Source: Pristiophorus japonicus
Lineage: Eukaryota
Assembly (NCBI RefSeq): GCF_044704955.1
Contig: NC_091980.1
Location: 52,266,001 to 52,330,000, forward strand
DNA: 64,000 nucleotides
Direction of reading: 5' to 3'
In this document: positions 1 to 11,959 of the stretch, one piece after another
Position numbering within the stretch: the stretch's first letter is position 1
Layout of the letters: each line of letters begins with the position of its first letter
Translations under genes and position numbers: made by a program
The notes under the pieces: model-generated
Database searches by the model: none
What the model was told of the DNA's origin: nothing
Seen by the model: only the letters and a program-made list of their open reading frames with translations

Positions 1-1940
1 CTCGGGAAATTCGCTAACCAGGTCAATAATTTACCATCAATTCCATGGGCTTCTGCCTTAGTTAACATTCTCGTATGTGGGACTTTATTAAATGCCTTCT
101 GGAAGTCCATATAAATAACATTCATCGACGTTCCCCCGTCCACTACTTCAGTCATCTTCTCAAAAAATTCAATCAGGTTTGTCAGTAATGACCAACCTTT
201 CACAAATCCATGCTGGCTCTCTCTGATCAACTGAAAATGTTCAAGGTGTTCAGTTAACCTATCCTTAAGTATAGACTGTAGTAATTTTCCGACTGCATAT
301 GTTAGGCTAACTAGTCTATAATTCCCTGGTTTCCCTCTCTCGCTATTCATAAATAGTGGAGTGACATGGGCAATTTTCCAATCTAAAGGAATGGTTCCTG
401 AATCAAGAGAATTTTGGAAGATTATAGTTGGTGCATTTGCAATGTGCTCACCTACTTCCTTTAAAATCCTGGGATGGAAAACATCTGGCCCTGGGGATTT
501 ATCACTCTTTAGTGCCATTATTTTCTTAATTTCTGTTATTTTATGTCCATTAATGTTATTAAGTCCCTGTCCCTGATTCAATATTAGTTTCCATCGAGAT
601 TTCTGGCATGTTATCCTCTTCCTCTACTATAAATACTGAGGCAAAATAATTATTCAACATGTACCTAATTTCCTTGTTATCATTGACAATGGGCCTGAAT
701 TTGCGGTCGGAGGCTTCCCACGAGCGGATGCCTCCGAACCGCAATAAAACTACGAACCTAGCTGATGGTCCTGAATTCACAGAGACTCCACTCCTGGGCC
801 TCTAGCGTAGACCTGTGTAGAGGCATACATATCCCAGAGGTTCATGTGATTCGGAAGTGTCCCTGGGATCACATGGGCTAGCCCAATCAATCAGAAAAAG
901 GATTCCCATTATGTAAATGGAATCCTTACAAGCTTAATAGGAATCACCCTAAAAACACATGTACACAACCTTGAAATAAAAAAAACATTAGTTAAAATTA
1001 ATTAAATACAATTTCATTAAACATTTAAAACAAAAATGTAATTTTTTTTGAAAATAAATGGACTTCAAATAATGTATACCTAACTAATTTTAAAGTTTTT
1101 TTAGGTTTAAATAATTAAAAAAGAATTTAAACTCTTACGTAGTAGATGAAAGTACTATGCCTGCTTTTACCAGGCTTAAGGGTTTCATGGTATTTGCTGG
1201 GCAGTAGTCCCAACTCTCTGCCAGCAAAAATCCATTTCTCGGGAATGCGGAGGATCTGTCAAGAAGATGCTTGACAGATCGCAAGTTCCAGGTTTTCGCG
1301 CATGCGCATTGCATGCGGGAACTCCAAATTTGCGGGGCACTTGTAAAATCCGGGCCAATATTACCGATATCAGTTTTCAAGGGGCCAACATTGTACCTGA
1401 CGACCCTCTTTTCCCTAATATAATTGTAAACATTTTTTGTGTTAATTTTGATATCTCTTGCAAGTTTTTTTTCATACTCTCTTTTTGTAGCTCAGACTGT
1501 GTGTTTTGTGACCCGTTGCTATTCTTTCCCATTCGTCCAGAAGTATGCTATTTTTTGCATTTTTGTAAGCTTTTTCTTATAGTTTTGTGCTGTCGCTCAC
1601 CTCCTAAGTCATCCATAGATGTTTTTATTTGGTGTGTAGAGCTCTTGCTCCTCTGGTATAAATTGGTTCTGTATCACCTTGAATTCTTTTTTGAACCTCT
1701 CCCACTGATCTTCTATCATTTTACCCTTAACAGATTTGCCCAGTTTACTGTGGACAGTCTCTGTCTCATCCAATTGAAGTCAGCCTTACCCAAATCTAGA
1801 ATCTCAGTAGCTGTTTCATGTTTCTCCCTTTCAAATGCTATGTTGAACTCGATCATGTTATGATTGCTATTGGATAAATGTTCACGTGCAGTTAGGCTTA
1901 GTTAATCTAGCTCATTGTTAATTATTAAATCTAATATCCC
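1..1940 (-). mobile_element. Degraded CR1 LINE ORF2 fragment (RT and upstream linker), split by a MITE at 691-1356
   Basis: Minus-strand translation gives CR1-type motifs (KSPGPD.FHPRILKE, QHGF.KG, DFQKAFNKVPH). Removing 691-1356 and one AAT restores the in-frame NVGPLKTDIGN-I-VNDNKE. Confidence 0.85.
691..1356. mobile_element. Non-autonomous TIR element (MITE), PIF/Harbinger-like, with 3-bp TSD AAT
   Basis: Imperfect TIRs GGGCCTGAATTT / AAAATCCGGGCC; AAT on both sides (688-690, 1357-1359); excision restores the host CR1 frame. Confidence 0.8.
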
Positions 1941-1959
1941 CAGTGCATGAACCCCACTT

Positions 1960-2425
1960 TCCATTCAACATGATGCTTCTACAGCTGTTGATCTGCTCAA
2001 CCACTCTTTCACCTCCACCTTTGATGCCCTTGTCCCCAGTAAAACCCATACTCTCTCCCAACTTGGATGTTCTCCCAGGTATGGCTCCCACTCTTGCTCC
2101 TTCAGGTCCAGGGGACACAGACTTAAGTTTATCTGGCAGACACTTCATTTAACCCATTGCCAGAACTGATTAGATCACAATAAGCACAACTGAGCCTTAC
2201 TCTCCTCTGCCAAGATTTTTCACTACTCGCATCTCCAACCTGCCTTTCCTCACCAAAGTCCTTGAATGTGTTGTTGCCTCCCAAATTCATGACCATCTTT
2301 CCCGCAACTCTGTTTGAATCTCTCTAATCAAGTTTCTGCACTTGTCACAGCAGTGAAACAGCCCTAAATAAAGTTTCAAATGGCATCCTCTGTGATGATG
2401 ATGCACTATCCCTCCTTGATCTTCG
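1960..2425 (+). mobile_element. Degraded, internally deleted L2 LINE fragments
   Basis: Segments align by eye to the longer L2 at 4203-6515 (TFDALVPVK, SNL.FL.KVLE.VVASQ, QSSF...HSSETAL.KV). Confidence 0.7.
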
Positions 2426-2672
2426 GCCTAATGGGTTGAGATGAGAACCAAATGCCATTCCAAAGGCTTTCAGCATTTTAGACACTATATTCTCCTTTGA
2501 TTTTCCCCAAGAAGGAAGACAGGCACATCGATTCGGCGTCCCAAGGATTCATTTATAGCTAGTTTGTCCTCCTGAGAAGTTGCATTACACAGTAATTCCT
2601 CTCCCTCTAATCCGCAAGATATCAAGTAGATTCAATCTAGAATGTCTACAGAACTATTAATATAGGTTTCAT

Positions 2673-4202
2673 GGCCCCAAGTTTCCACACGATAAAAAAC
2701 GGGCGCCCCTCCGAGCTGGGCGCCCGTTTTTCGCGCCGAAAACGGCGCCGGAAAAGAAAAGCGCAATTCTGGAGCGCCCTGCAGCTCCATGTCTGCTTGG
2801 CGTGGCGGCCAGGGGGGCGGAGCCTACCACTCGCGCCGATTTTGGAAGTGGGAGGGGGCGGGTACCATTTAAATTAGTTTTTTTCCTGCCGGCAACCCTG
2901 CGCGTGCGCGTCGGAGCATTCGCGCACGCGCAATGTGAAGGAAACATTGGCATTCGGCCATTTTTGCAATTCTTTGTAGCTGTTTAGTATTTGAACATTT
3001 TTTAATGAAAGCACATTGCCATCAGCACATCAGCACTGAGGCTTCTTGCAGCAGTGAGAAGGCTGCAGGAAGTCACAGAAAGTTGAGGCAGCCGTTTCCC
3101 TCCGCCCCCCCACCCACCCGCCGTCGGGGAATGGCTGCTGAACTTGTGAGGCTTCCTGCAGCCTTCTCACTGTCTCCTCCCCCCCCCCGCGGGAACGAAC
3201 GGCTTCCTCCTCCCCCCCCCCCGCGGGAACGAACGGCTGCCTCCTCCCCCCCCCCCCCCCCGCGGGAACGAACGGCTGCCTCCTCCCCCCCCCCCCCCCC
3301 GCGGGAACGAACGGCTGCCTCCTCCCCCCCCCCCCCCCCCCCGCGGGAACGAACGGCTGCCTCCTCCTCCCCCCCCCCGCGGGAACGAACGGCTGCCTCC
3401 TCCCCCCCCCCCCCCCCCCGCGGGAACGAACGGCTGCCTCCTCCCCCCCCCCCCCCCCCGCGGGAACGAACGGCTGCCTCCTCCCCCCCCCCCCCGCGGG
3501 AACGAACGGCTGCCTCCTCCCCCCCCCCCCCGCGGGAACGAACGGCTGCCTCCTCCCCCCCCCCCCCGCGGGAACGAACGGCTGCCTCCTCCCCCCCCCC
3601 CCCCCCCGCGGGAACGAACGGCTGCCTCCTCCCCCCCCCCCCCCCGCGGGAACGAACGGCTGCCTCCTCCCCCCCCCCCCCCCCCCGCGGGAACGAACGG
3701 CTGCCTCAACTTGTGAGGCTTCCTGCAGCATTCTCCCTGGCTGAAGCACTTTCACACAGGTAGGAAGATGGTTTATTTAATCTTTTCTTTGCTTATAAAT
3801 GTTTATTCAGGTTGGATTTATTTGTATAAGTATAAATAAGGATTTATTATAGAATTTAATGACTTCCCCTCCCCCCCCCCCCCCACCTCGTTCTGGACGC
3901 CTAATTTGTAACCTGCGCCTGATTTTTTAATGTGTAGAACAGGTTTTTTCAGTTCTACAAAAATCTTCACTTGCTCCATTCTAAGTTAGTTTGGAGTACG
4001 TTTTCACTGTGGAAACTTTGAAATCAGGCGTCAGTGGCTGGACACGCCCCCTTTTGAAGAAAAAATTCTGTTCCAAAGTGAAACTGTTCTAACTGACTAG
4101 AACTGCAGAAAAAAAATGTGGAGAATTGCGATTTCTAAGATAGTCCGTTCTCCACCAGTTGCTCCTAAAAATCAGGCGCAAATCATGTGGAAACTTGGGC
4201 CC
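2673..4202. mobile_element. CpG-rich non-autonomous TIR element (Harbinger-like MITE) carrying an internal minisatellite
   Basis: TIRs GGCCCCAAGTTTCCACA / TGTGGAAACTTGGGCCC (16/17 match); flanks CAT/CTT; CpG content far above the surroundings. Confidence 0.8.
3170..3707. repeat. C-rich minisatellite, unit CGCGGGAACGAACGGCTGCCTCCT(C)n, ~35-41 bp, ~14 copies
   Basis: Near-invariant core with a variable poly-C tract, bracketed by the direct repeat AACTTGTGAGGCTTCCTGCAGC at ~3141 and ~3708. Confidence 0.95.
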
Positions 4203-6515
4203 CTTGTTTCCACCCCCACACGCCCAATCCTACCTCCTTCTGTGTCCGTCTTTGGGGAAAAAAACTCTTCCGACTCTCTTACAACTGCACTTAGCAACTT
4301 CCAACTGTCCAGCCTTTGGTCCTCCATTCACCATGACATTTCTGCAGCTAGCGAGCTGCTCAATCAAAACCTCATCGTCACCTTTGACGCCCTAGTCCCT
4401 GTTAAAACGATTACTTTCTCTCACCCTGGCCATTCCTCCTGGTACAGCCCTGATCTTAGCTCCCTTATGTCCAGGGGACGCAGACTTGAATGGATATGGT
4501 GAACAACTGGTTTAGCCATTCACCACCAGATCTGGCTGGAGCACATAAAGCACTATTGGGTCCTGCTCTCATCTACCAAATTGGCTCACTATTCCAAAAT
4601 CATTCTGGGATGTAAAGATAAACCCCAGCTTTTATTTTCCATTGAGAATAAACACCTCTCCCCAGTCTCCACCCTCACCTCCGACAATGTGTGAGGAACT
4701 CATGGATTTCTTTGTCTCTAAGATTCAGACCATCCATTCAGCTGCTTCTGCTTCTTCCCTTCCTTCCCCTAGTTCACCGGGCCAAATTTTCTCTAAGAAA
4801 GTCTCCTGTCCTAGCCCTGACCTCACATCTTTCTCCAATTTCTTTCCGATTTCCCCTCATGACCTTTCCGAGCTCATCCTGTCCACGAGACCCACTTCCT
4901 GCTGCATTGACCTTATTCCCACTAAACTGTTGACCATCCAACTTCCTTTACTGGCTCCCATATTAGCTGACATTGTTAACGGTTCTCTCTCCTCAGGTAT
5001 TGTCCCCCTCTCCTTCAAATCTGCCATCATCACCCCTCTGCTCAAAAAAAAACCCCTCAATTCCTCCATCCTTGCAAACTACCGCCCCATCTCCAACCTC
5101 TCTTTCCTCTCCAAAGTCCTTGAACGTGTTGTCGCCTCATAAATCTGTGCCCATCTTTCCTGCAATTCCTGTTTGAATCCCTCCAATCTGGTTTCCACAA
5201 CTGCCACAGTACCGAAATGGCACTCATCAAAGTCACAAATGACATACTTTGTCACAGTGAGCAGAGCAAACTATCCCTCATTGTCCTTCTTGACTAGTCT
5301 GCAGCCTTTGACACGGTTGACCACTCTATCCTTCTCCAAAGTCTCTGCACCATCGTCCAGCTGGGTGAGACTGCACTCGCCTGGTTCCATTCTTATCTAT
5401 CTAATCGTGGCCAGAAAATCACCTGCAACGGATTCTCTTCCTGTCCCTGCATTGTTGCCTCTGGTGTCCCCCAAGGGTTTATGCTTGGCCCGCTCTTATT
5501 TCTCATCTACATGTTGCCCCTTGGCGACATTATCTGAAAACACAGTATCAATTCCCATGTACGCTAATGACACCCAGCTCTACCTCAATACCACTTCTCT
5601 CATCCCCTCCACAGTTTCTAAATTGTCAGACTGCTTGTCCGACATCCAGTTCTGGATGAGCAGAAATTTTCTCCAATTGAATATTGAGAAGACCAAAGTC
5701 ATTGTTTAGGGTCCCAGCCTCAAACTCCGTTCCCTAGCCACTGACCCATTCCTCTCCCCAACCTCTGTCTGAGGCTGAACCAGGCTGTTTGCAATCTTGG
5801 TGTCATATTTGACCCTAAAATGAGCTTTCGACCACATATGCGCAGTGTAACTAAGACCGCCTATTTCCATCTCCATAACAACGCCCGTCTCTGCCCTTGC
5901 CTCAGCTCATTCGCTGCTGAAGCCTTCATCCATGCCTTTGTTACCTCTCATCTTGACTATTCCAATGCAATCCTGGCTGGCCTCCCACATTCTACCCTAC
6001 ATAAACTAGAGGTGATCCAAAACTTGGCTGCCTGTGTCCTAACACGCACCAAGTCCCATTCCACCCATCACCCATGCTCGCTGACTTGACCTACATTGGC
6101 TTCCGGTTAAGCAACGCCTCGATTTCAAAATTCTCATCCTTATTTTCAAATCCCTCCATGACCTCTCCCCTCCCTATCTCTAATCTCCTCCAGTCCCATA
6201 ATCCCCCCAAGATGTCTATGCTCCTCTAATTCTGCCCTCTTGGGCATTCCTGATTATAATCACTCAACCACTGGTGGCCATGCCTCAGGCTCTGGAACTC
6301 GCTGCCTAAACCTCTCTGCCTTTCTATCTCTCTTTCCTACTTCAAGATGCTCCTTAAAACTTGCCTCTTTGACCAAGCTTTTGGTCACTTGCGCTAATTT
6401 CTAATTATACAGCTGGGTGTCAAATGTTTAATCTGATAATACTCCTGTGAAGTGCCTTGCGACGTTTCACTACATTAAAGATGCTATATAAATGCAAGTT
6501 GTTGTTCTTGTTGTT
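4203..6515 (+). mobile_element. L2 LINE, 5'-truncated and frameshifted ORF2 (RT) with 3' UTR and (TTG)n tail
   Basis: NYRPISNLSFLSKVLE, YANDTQLY (YADD equivalent), QLNIEKT and LDYSNAIL motifs; ends in TATATAAATGCAAGTTGTTGTTCTTGTTG. Confidence 0.9.
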
Positions 6516-8514
6516 TAATTCAGTATCTTATGGAGGCAATATTAAAATGTATGTCACTTCATGGTCTTACTAAGAAAGGGGGGACTCAGCTCATAACAAA
6601 TTCAATTCAAGAGCCAGTATTTATATTGGGGTTTGGAGATCTGGATAATAGTTAGATACAATTTTACATTGAATGCTTAGTCTCATGTATGGGTGTGTGC
6701 TAAATTAAATTGAGATTGTACGGTAAGTTTTCCAGTTACACAGGACTATAACAGACAGTAGGGCATCAGAAAATGTGGCTCAGTTCCTTAAAGCTGGATC
6801 TGCACCACATTAATATCAAGAATGACTTTTTGGCTGGTCTTTTAGACTAGTTTCAAGTGGTCTAATCCTAATGATCCATAGTTTGATTTAAATACAATTC
6901 ATTGAAATGCAACTTAGCACAATTGTTCATCTGCATAGGATGGATTGGCTGGATGTTTCCTTACCCATAGAGTGGCTCTAAAGGAAGGTCCATAATCAAA
7001 AAGGCAGAGGTTATGTATTTTCCAGTCCTGTAGTACTTTTTAGTACCTGCTATTATTAATTTTTGTTGGTATTTTTATGAAAAATATTTGTTTTCCCAAA
7101 AATAGATCATGTTTATGTGGAACCTAAAATTAATATTGTCGCTGAATATTATCTGCCAATTCCCCATAAAGCCAAAAGTAATTTTCATTAATGCTCCTCC
7201 TGGCTTGTTGGAAAATTACGTTGGGTTGGCCTTGGGCAAGAAGGCAGCAGTGAGTTTTTAAATCAAATTTGTCTTGTTATCACCTAGTTCATGTTAAAAA
7301 ATGGGGCAGTAGTGAGATGAAAATCATCCCCATGTATTACCATGGTTCACGCACAAAGCCCTTTGTCGATGTATGTGACAATGGTGCTAGGTATAAGCTG
7401 CACTTTGTATATGCATCCTGATAAACAATGAAAAAGCTGTGAGGTTGCTTTCTATTGGCCAGCAGTAAATGTGGATCAAGTATATAGGCAACGTTTTGTG
7501 ATACTGTACACATATATTCTAAATGACACTGTTGGGTTTGCTTTACTTCGGCAGCTTCCTAAAGCATAGCTATCATCTTTGTTTTCTGTGCCCAGGTCCT
7601 TAGCTTACTGTGCAAAATATTGAGTATGCCTGCCAGCATACTGCACTATTGTCATCTGGGGAGGTTATCCTGGAGTGCCACACAGGGGAATCCTCCTTGC
7701 ATTCAAAAATACATACAGACACACGGCAGCACCTCCACTCTAGCAGCTATCAAACATGTGTTGTGGTGCTGTACTGCTCCATTACTTACACATAGATTCA
7801 ATTTCCTATCTAAATATGATTTACCAGCATGATTTTGCTCTGTACGGTCTTTGGAAAGCCCGAAATATAAGAGGCAATTTCACAAATCTCTAATGCTGGT
7901 GCAGAGTTTTTCTAGACAAGAGGGTGTGTTGGAGTTAGGGCAATAGTGTTGAATCTTTGACCCATGACCATGGCAGATGAGGTTTCACATCAGCAGCCCC
8001 AATATTTAAAAAAACATTGACAGCCTTTGAAAAGATTGCAACAATTTTTACCATCATTTGTGTCCATTTACCTTTAAGTGGCTGCATCCCTTTAAGGACT
8101 TCCTCCTTCTTTGAAAAATTCCCACTAATATTGATCAAGAGCTTACATGAATGATTCATGATGGCTAACCCTGGAAAATCCCAGGGGCTTGGCTTGGGAG
8201 AAAGTTCATTCCTCTTGCTTTAGCATCAGAACTGGAAAATATACCCTACCATGCCTGCAACAGTACCTGTGAGCCACCATGATATCACCACTGCCATCGA
8301 ACAGACCAATGGATAACCGCATCAACTGAACATGACGGAAATCTTTCACTTTACGATCTCTGATAATATATTATGCCACAGATAAATAGAAAAGTTTCAC
8401 ACAATATTTATTCATCCGGCAGATCCAATATCATGACAATTGTGTCTTTCAGCATTAATTGGATGAGATAACAAAGTCAACATCATATCCAAAAGATGTG
8501 CCATGTTTTGGTAC

Positions 8515-8590
8515 TTTTGCTGATTGACTTGCTGTGTGTTTCCAGCATATTCTGTTTTCTTTCACATTTCCAGCATTTTTGCTATGTATT
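8515..8590 (+). mobile_element. Short degenerate relic of the same Penelope-like dispersed repeat as 10540-10660 and 45415-45535
   Basis: TGCTG...TTCCAGCATATTCTGTTTT...ATTTCCAGCAT matches the other two copies. Confidence 0.45.
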
Positions 8591-9298
8591 CTACTGCGTT
8601 TGGGCTGCTGGACAGAGACCAGCAACTTCATGAGAAGAGGGCAAAGCATTGAATTTTTGAAGTAAACCTAATGTCAATTTCTCTGTGCAGTACAGTTTAA
8701 TTATAGTTTCTGCTGCCATTTAAGCCATTGCTATGTTTTTCTGGTCTTTCACAGCTTTCAAAAATTGCTGGGCCAGGGGCTGAAATGGCATTAACACAGT
8801 GAAAGGAATAATTGTTCAGCACATTACATTAAGATACCATCAATTGAGTGTGAATGTATAGCTTTCAGTCAAACACTGATAAAATAAATGATTTTCTGAT
8901 TTTTATCATTGATGTTGTGTCCTACTTTATCAAAACATGAACTCTTGAATGCCCAATATCAACGTTTGTTATTACAAACTCATGATGAATACTTCAAGCA
9001 TCATTTTCATTGCTGCAAATCCCTTGGCATAGCTATTGAATGGTTTTTATAAAAAGCAAAGCAATTATATAATTTGAGATAATATCAGTGCACAAATATC
9101 ACTGGACTACTTCTAATCACATGTGGTGTTATGGGCTCTTATTCTGGGTTCTAGGGCATGTTACATCTGTTTTTGGGAGTGGTTGGTGATGCTGAACTCA
9201 CAAAAGCATCGAGCAATAAAAGCCAAATGGTACTAACCACCTTAAAACAGCAATGACCCACCTTTAAACTTCATGCTTGCTGCTGCACGATGGCTTAC

Positions 9299-9547
9299 CT
9301 TGGAAGAAACATTCTTTATTGTCTACGATGTGGATTCTTTTTCTCTGTTGGCAGGCAGCACGATGCAGCTCGCAGTGATTCTCATAAAACTCCCCATCGG
9401 AGCCACAAACTGGTATATAATTGGGTTTGCATTGCTGTACACACACACACTCCGGCAGCTCAGTCTCTTTACTGATGATACACTGTTGCCCACGGCCACA
9501 GTAATTCTTTTCACAAGCTCCGTATAGACCATCATGGCCATAGTACA
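9299..9547 (-). CDS. FSTL4: Internal coding exon (249 bp, phase 1-1) of a follistatin-related protein 4/5 gene: FOLN + Kazal domain
   Basis: Polypyrimidine tract TTTTCTTTTCTTTCTCTAG acceptor (AG at 9549-9548) and CAAG|GTAAG donor (GT at 9298-9297). Peptide ACEKNYCGRGQQCIISKETELPECVCVQQCKPNYIPVCGSDGEFYENHCELHRAACQQRKRIHIVDNKECFFQG has the 10-Cys pattern and PVCGSDG.FYENHC..HRAAC signature. PEC, P.Y.PVC, LHRAAC and KRI favour FSTL4, but FSTL5 cannot be excluded. Confidence 0.85.
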
Positions 9548-9817
9548 CTAGAGAAAGAAAAGAAAATATAAAGTTAAATCGCTATGTAGAGGGCTTCAAA
9601 CACTAGCATTGAATTGTAAAATTACCAGTGTTTGAAAGAGACTTTGCTTGATACTTTATCATTGTAAACTATTTATATATATCTACATATCTATACACAT
9701 ATATAGAGAGAGATTCTTTGCCTCAAGGTGTTGGACATTAATACTGAAGAATGAAGCTTCAGCATTTTTAAAATTCACGTGTGGATTAAACACTTCGAGG
9801 TCAGATTAAGCATTAAT

Positions 9818-10212
9818 GTCAGCTGTGGCTCAGTGGTAGCACTCCTGCTCGAGTCAGAAGATTGTAGGTTCAAGCACCATGCCAGAGACTTGAGCATTTA
9901 ATCCAGGCTGACACTCCACTGCAGTACTGAGGGAGTGCTGGACTGTCGGAGATGCCGTCTTTTGGATGAGATGTTAAACTAAGGCCTCATTCTGGTCTCT
10001 AAGTGGACATAAAAGACCCCATGGCACTATTACGAAGAAGAGCAGGAGAGTTCTCCCCAGTGTCCTTGCCAATATTTATCCCTCAGCAACATCACCTAAA
10101 CAGATTATTTGGTCGTTATCTCATTGCTGTTTGCGAGACCTTGCTGTGTGCAAATTGGCTGCTGCATTTCCTACATTACAACAGTCAGTGCACTTCAAAA
10201 GTATTTCATTAG
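9818..10212 (+). mobile_element. tRNA-derived Deu-domain SINE (SacSINE1-like)
   Basis: A box TGGCTCAGTGG and B box GGTTCAAGC, Deu core GCCGTCTTTTGGATGAGATGTTAAAC, and a 3' body shared with the minus-strand copy at 15090-15325. Confidence 0.8.
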
Positions 10213-10539
10213 GTGTAAATTGCTCCATTAATGCATGGAATCCCAAACCCCAAAAGGTACTGCATCTGTGTGACATTTATATTTTCTACACCAGCCGTCT
10301 TTGTGACTTCAGAGCAAGATCATGAATCCATTACCAAACTTAGGGAAATATTGTGCTGTGAACCCATGCCCATAGTAACTAGGTTGTAACCATTCTAATA
10401 TCATTTTAATTAGGACTATTATCACCGACAGGAAGAGTAAACTTGCACCCTGCACACGTATTAAACCAACATGTGAAGGGACAGTACTCAATCCCTTTAT
10501 AGATTTTTTTAGGAATATAAGACAACTCAAAGTTAACCA

Positions 10540-10660
10540 AAAGCAAAATACTGCGGCTGCTGGAACTCTGAAATAAAAACAGAAAATACAGGTCAGCAAG
10601 CATCTGTGGAGAGAAAGGGAGTTAATGTCTCAGGTCGATGACTACATTAGAACTGGAAAA
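10540..10660 (-). mobile_element. Penelope-like terminal-repeat relic (common chondrichthyan short repeat)
   Basis: Minus strand reads CCAGTTCTAATGTAGTCATCGACCTGAGACATTAAC...TCTCCACAGATGC...TTCTGTTTTTATTTCAGAGTTCCAGCA. Family assignment is recalled, not searched. Confidence 0.55.
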
Positions 10661-10769
10661 AGTTAGATAAAGTGACCATAATCTAACTATATGCTCAAGT
10701 ATCAAATGAATTGTTGACTTTCTCACTAGGTAGCAGAGGAAGGAAAATGCCCAAATTGGACAGCCTATG

Positions 10770-11290
10770 AATAGAATGTAAAACTATGATCAACAAAGCT
10801 AATCAAACATAAGAATGAACCTTGAGGCATTTGATAACAAGTCATAGCATTATTCACTGGTGAAGCTCCATTTGGAATATTAATTGGTCTTTCTATCTTC
10901 AAAAGAACATTGATGTACAGGAAATGGGTTAAGAGACAAATGACAAGGATGATACCAGGTCTAAGAGTTCTCAAATTACATGGGCAGAGTCACAAAACTC
11001 AATTTGCTTTCATTACAGAACATAAAATTGAAGGGGGAGACATGATTCATGGATTAAAATATGAGAGGTACAGATGATATAAATATCAGCAGAATTTGAA
11101 CACAAAACTAAAAAATATGGTTCCAAAATTAACAAGCCTGAAATGAGGCTAATTAGAAGAATTTCCACTCCACAGAGTAATGAATAAGTAGAAGAGATTC
11201 CCATCAAACACAATTAATGATGCGTCCCTCTTAAAATGAGCTGAACTAATATCTGGTTGAGAATGGGCTTACAGGTTTTGGAAATAAGTA
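10770..11290 (+). mobile_element. Very old CR1 3' ORF2 fragment
   Basis: Residual Y.SLVKLHLEY and RMTRMIPGLR motifs, heavily mutated. Confidence 0.5.
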
Positions 11291-11959
11291 TTGACTGAAA
11301 TGATCACATTTTCAATGGAACTTAATGGTTCATGAGCTGACGTAGAGGATGGACTAGAGTTATTAAATTTTGAGGGCAACAGGGAAGGGTCACTTAGTGG
11401 AGATGTGAGAGAGGATAAATAGGTACCTGTGTTCTTGAAATTTGCTCAATTATCTTTGGAGAACATGGAGTATTATGCTAAATTTTTCCACTAGAGATTA
11501 AATAAATAGGATAGAATATTGCCCGTAGGTTGAAAGGCCTTTTCTTGTTCTGTGCTTTCTCATGGTAATAACTTCTGGTTTACCTGAAAGAATGGACCCA
11601 TGCTTAATATCACTGCCCTGTCTAAGAAAGTTCAATTAAGCATCGTCTTTTTAATAAAAGGATGACAAAAGGTTCCTCAACAGTCTATAACTATAAGATT
11701 GAAGGATTATTTATGAGAAATCTCTGGCAAGGTGGTAGGTTGAACAGTGTACATTGTAATGTTAGATTGATATCTCAGTCAATTGCCTTTGGGTGTCCAG
11801 GAGGAATGTAAAACTGTTTTCTCTTAATTTCAAACAATTTTACTGGATTATATGTAAATTATTTTTAAAGCCATGAGGCTTGAAATTAAAAAGTCAATTT
11901 GGATAACAATGCTGGGGGAAAAAACAATAAATGAAATGTTTTATGCACATACTGGTGAG

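Noticed and set aside
1267-1863. 198-aa hydrophobic ORF resembling a membrane protein
   Set aside because: Antisense reading of a purine-rich CR1 segment plus the MITE end.
3005-3763. Pro-rich and Gly-rich ORFs of 180-252 aa on both strands
   Set aside because: Artefacts of a stop-free minisatellite inside a MITE.
9818-9890. tRNA-like A and B boxes
   Set aside because: Head of a SINE that continues into the Deu domain; no complete cloverleaf.
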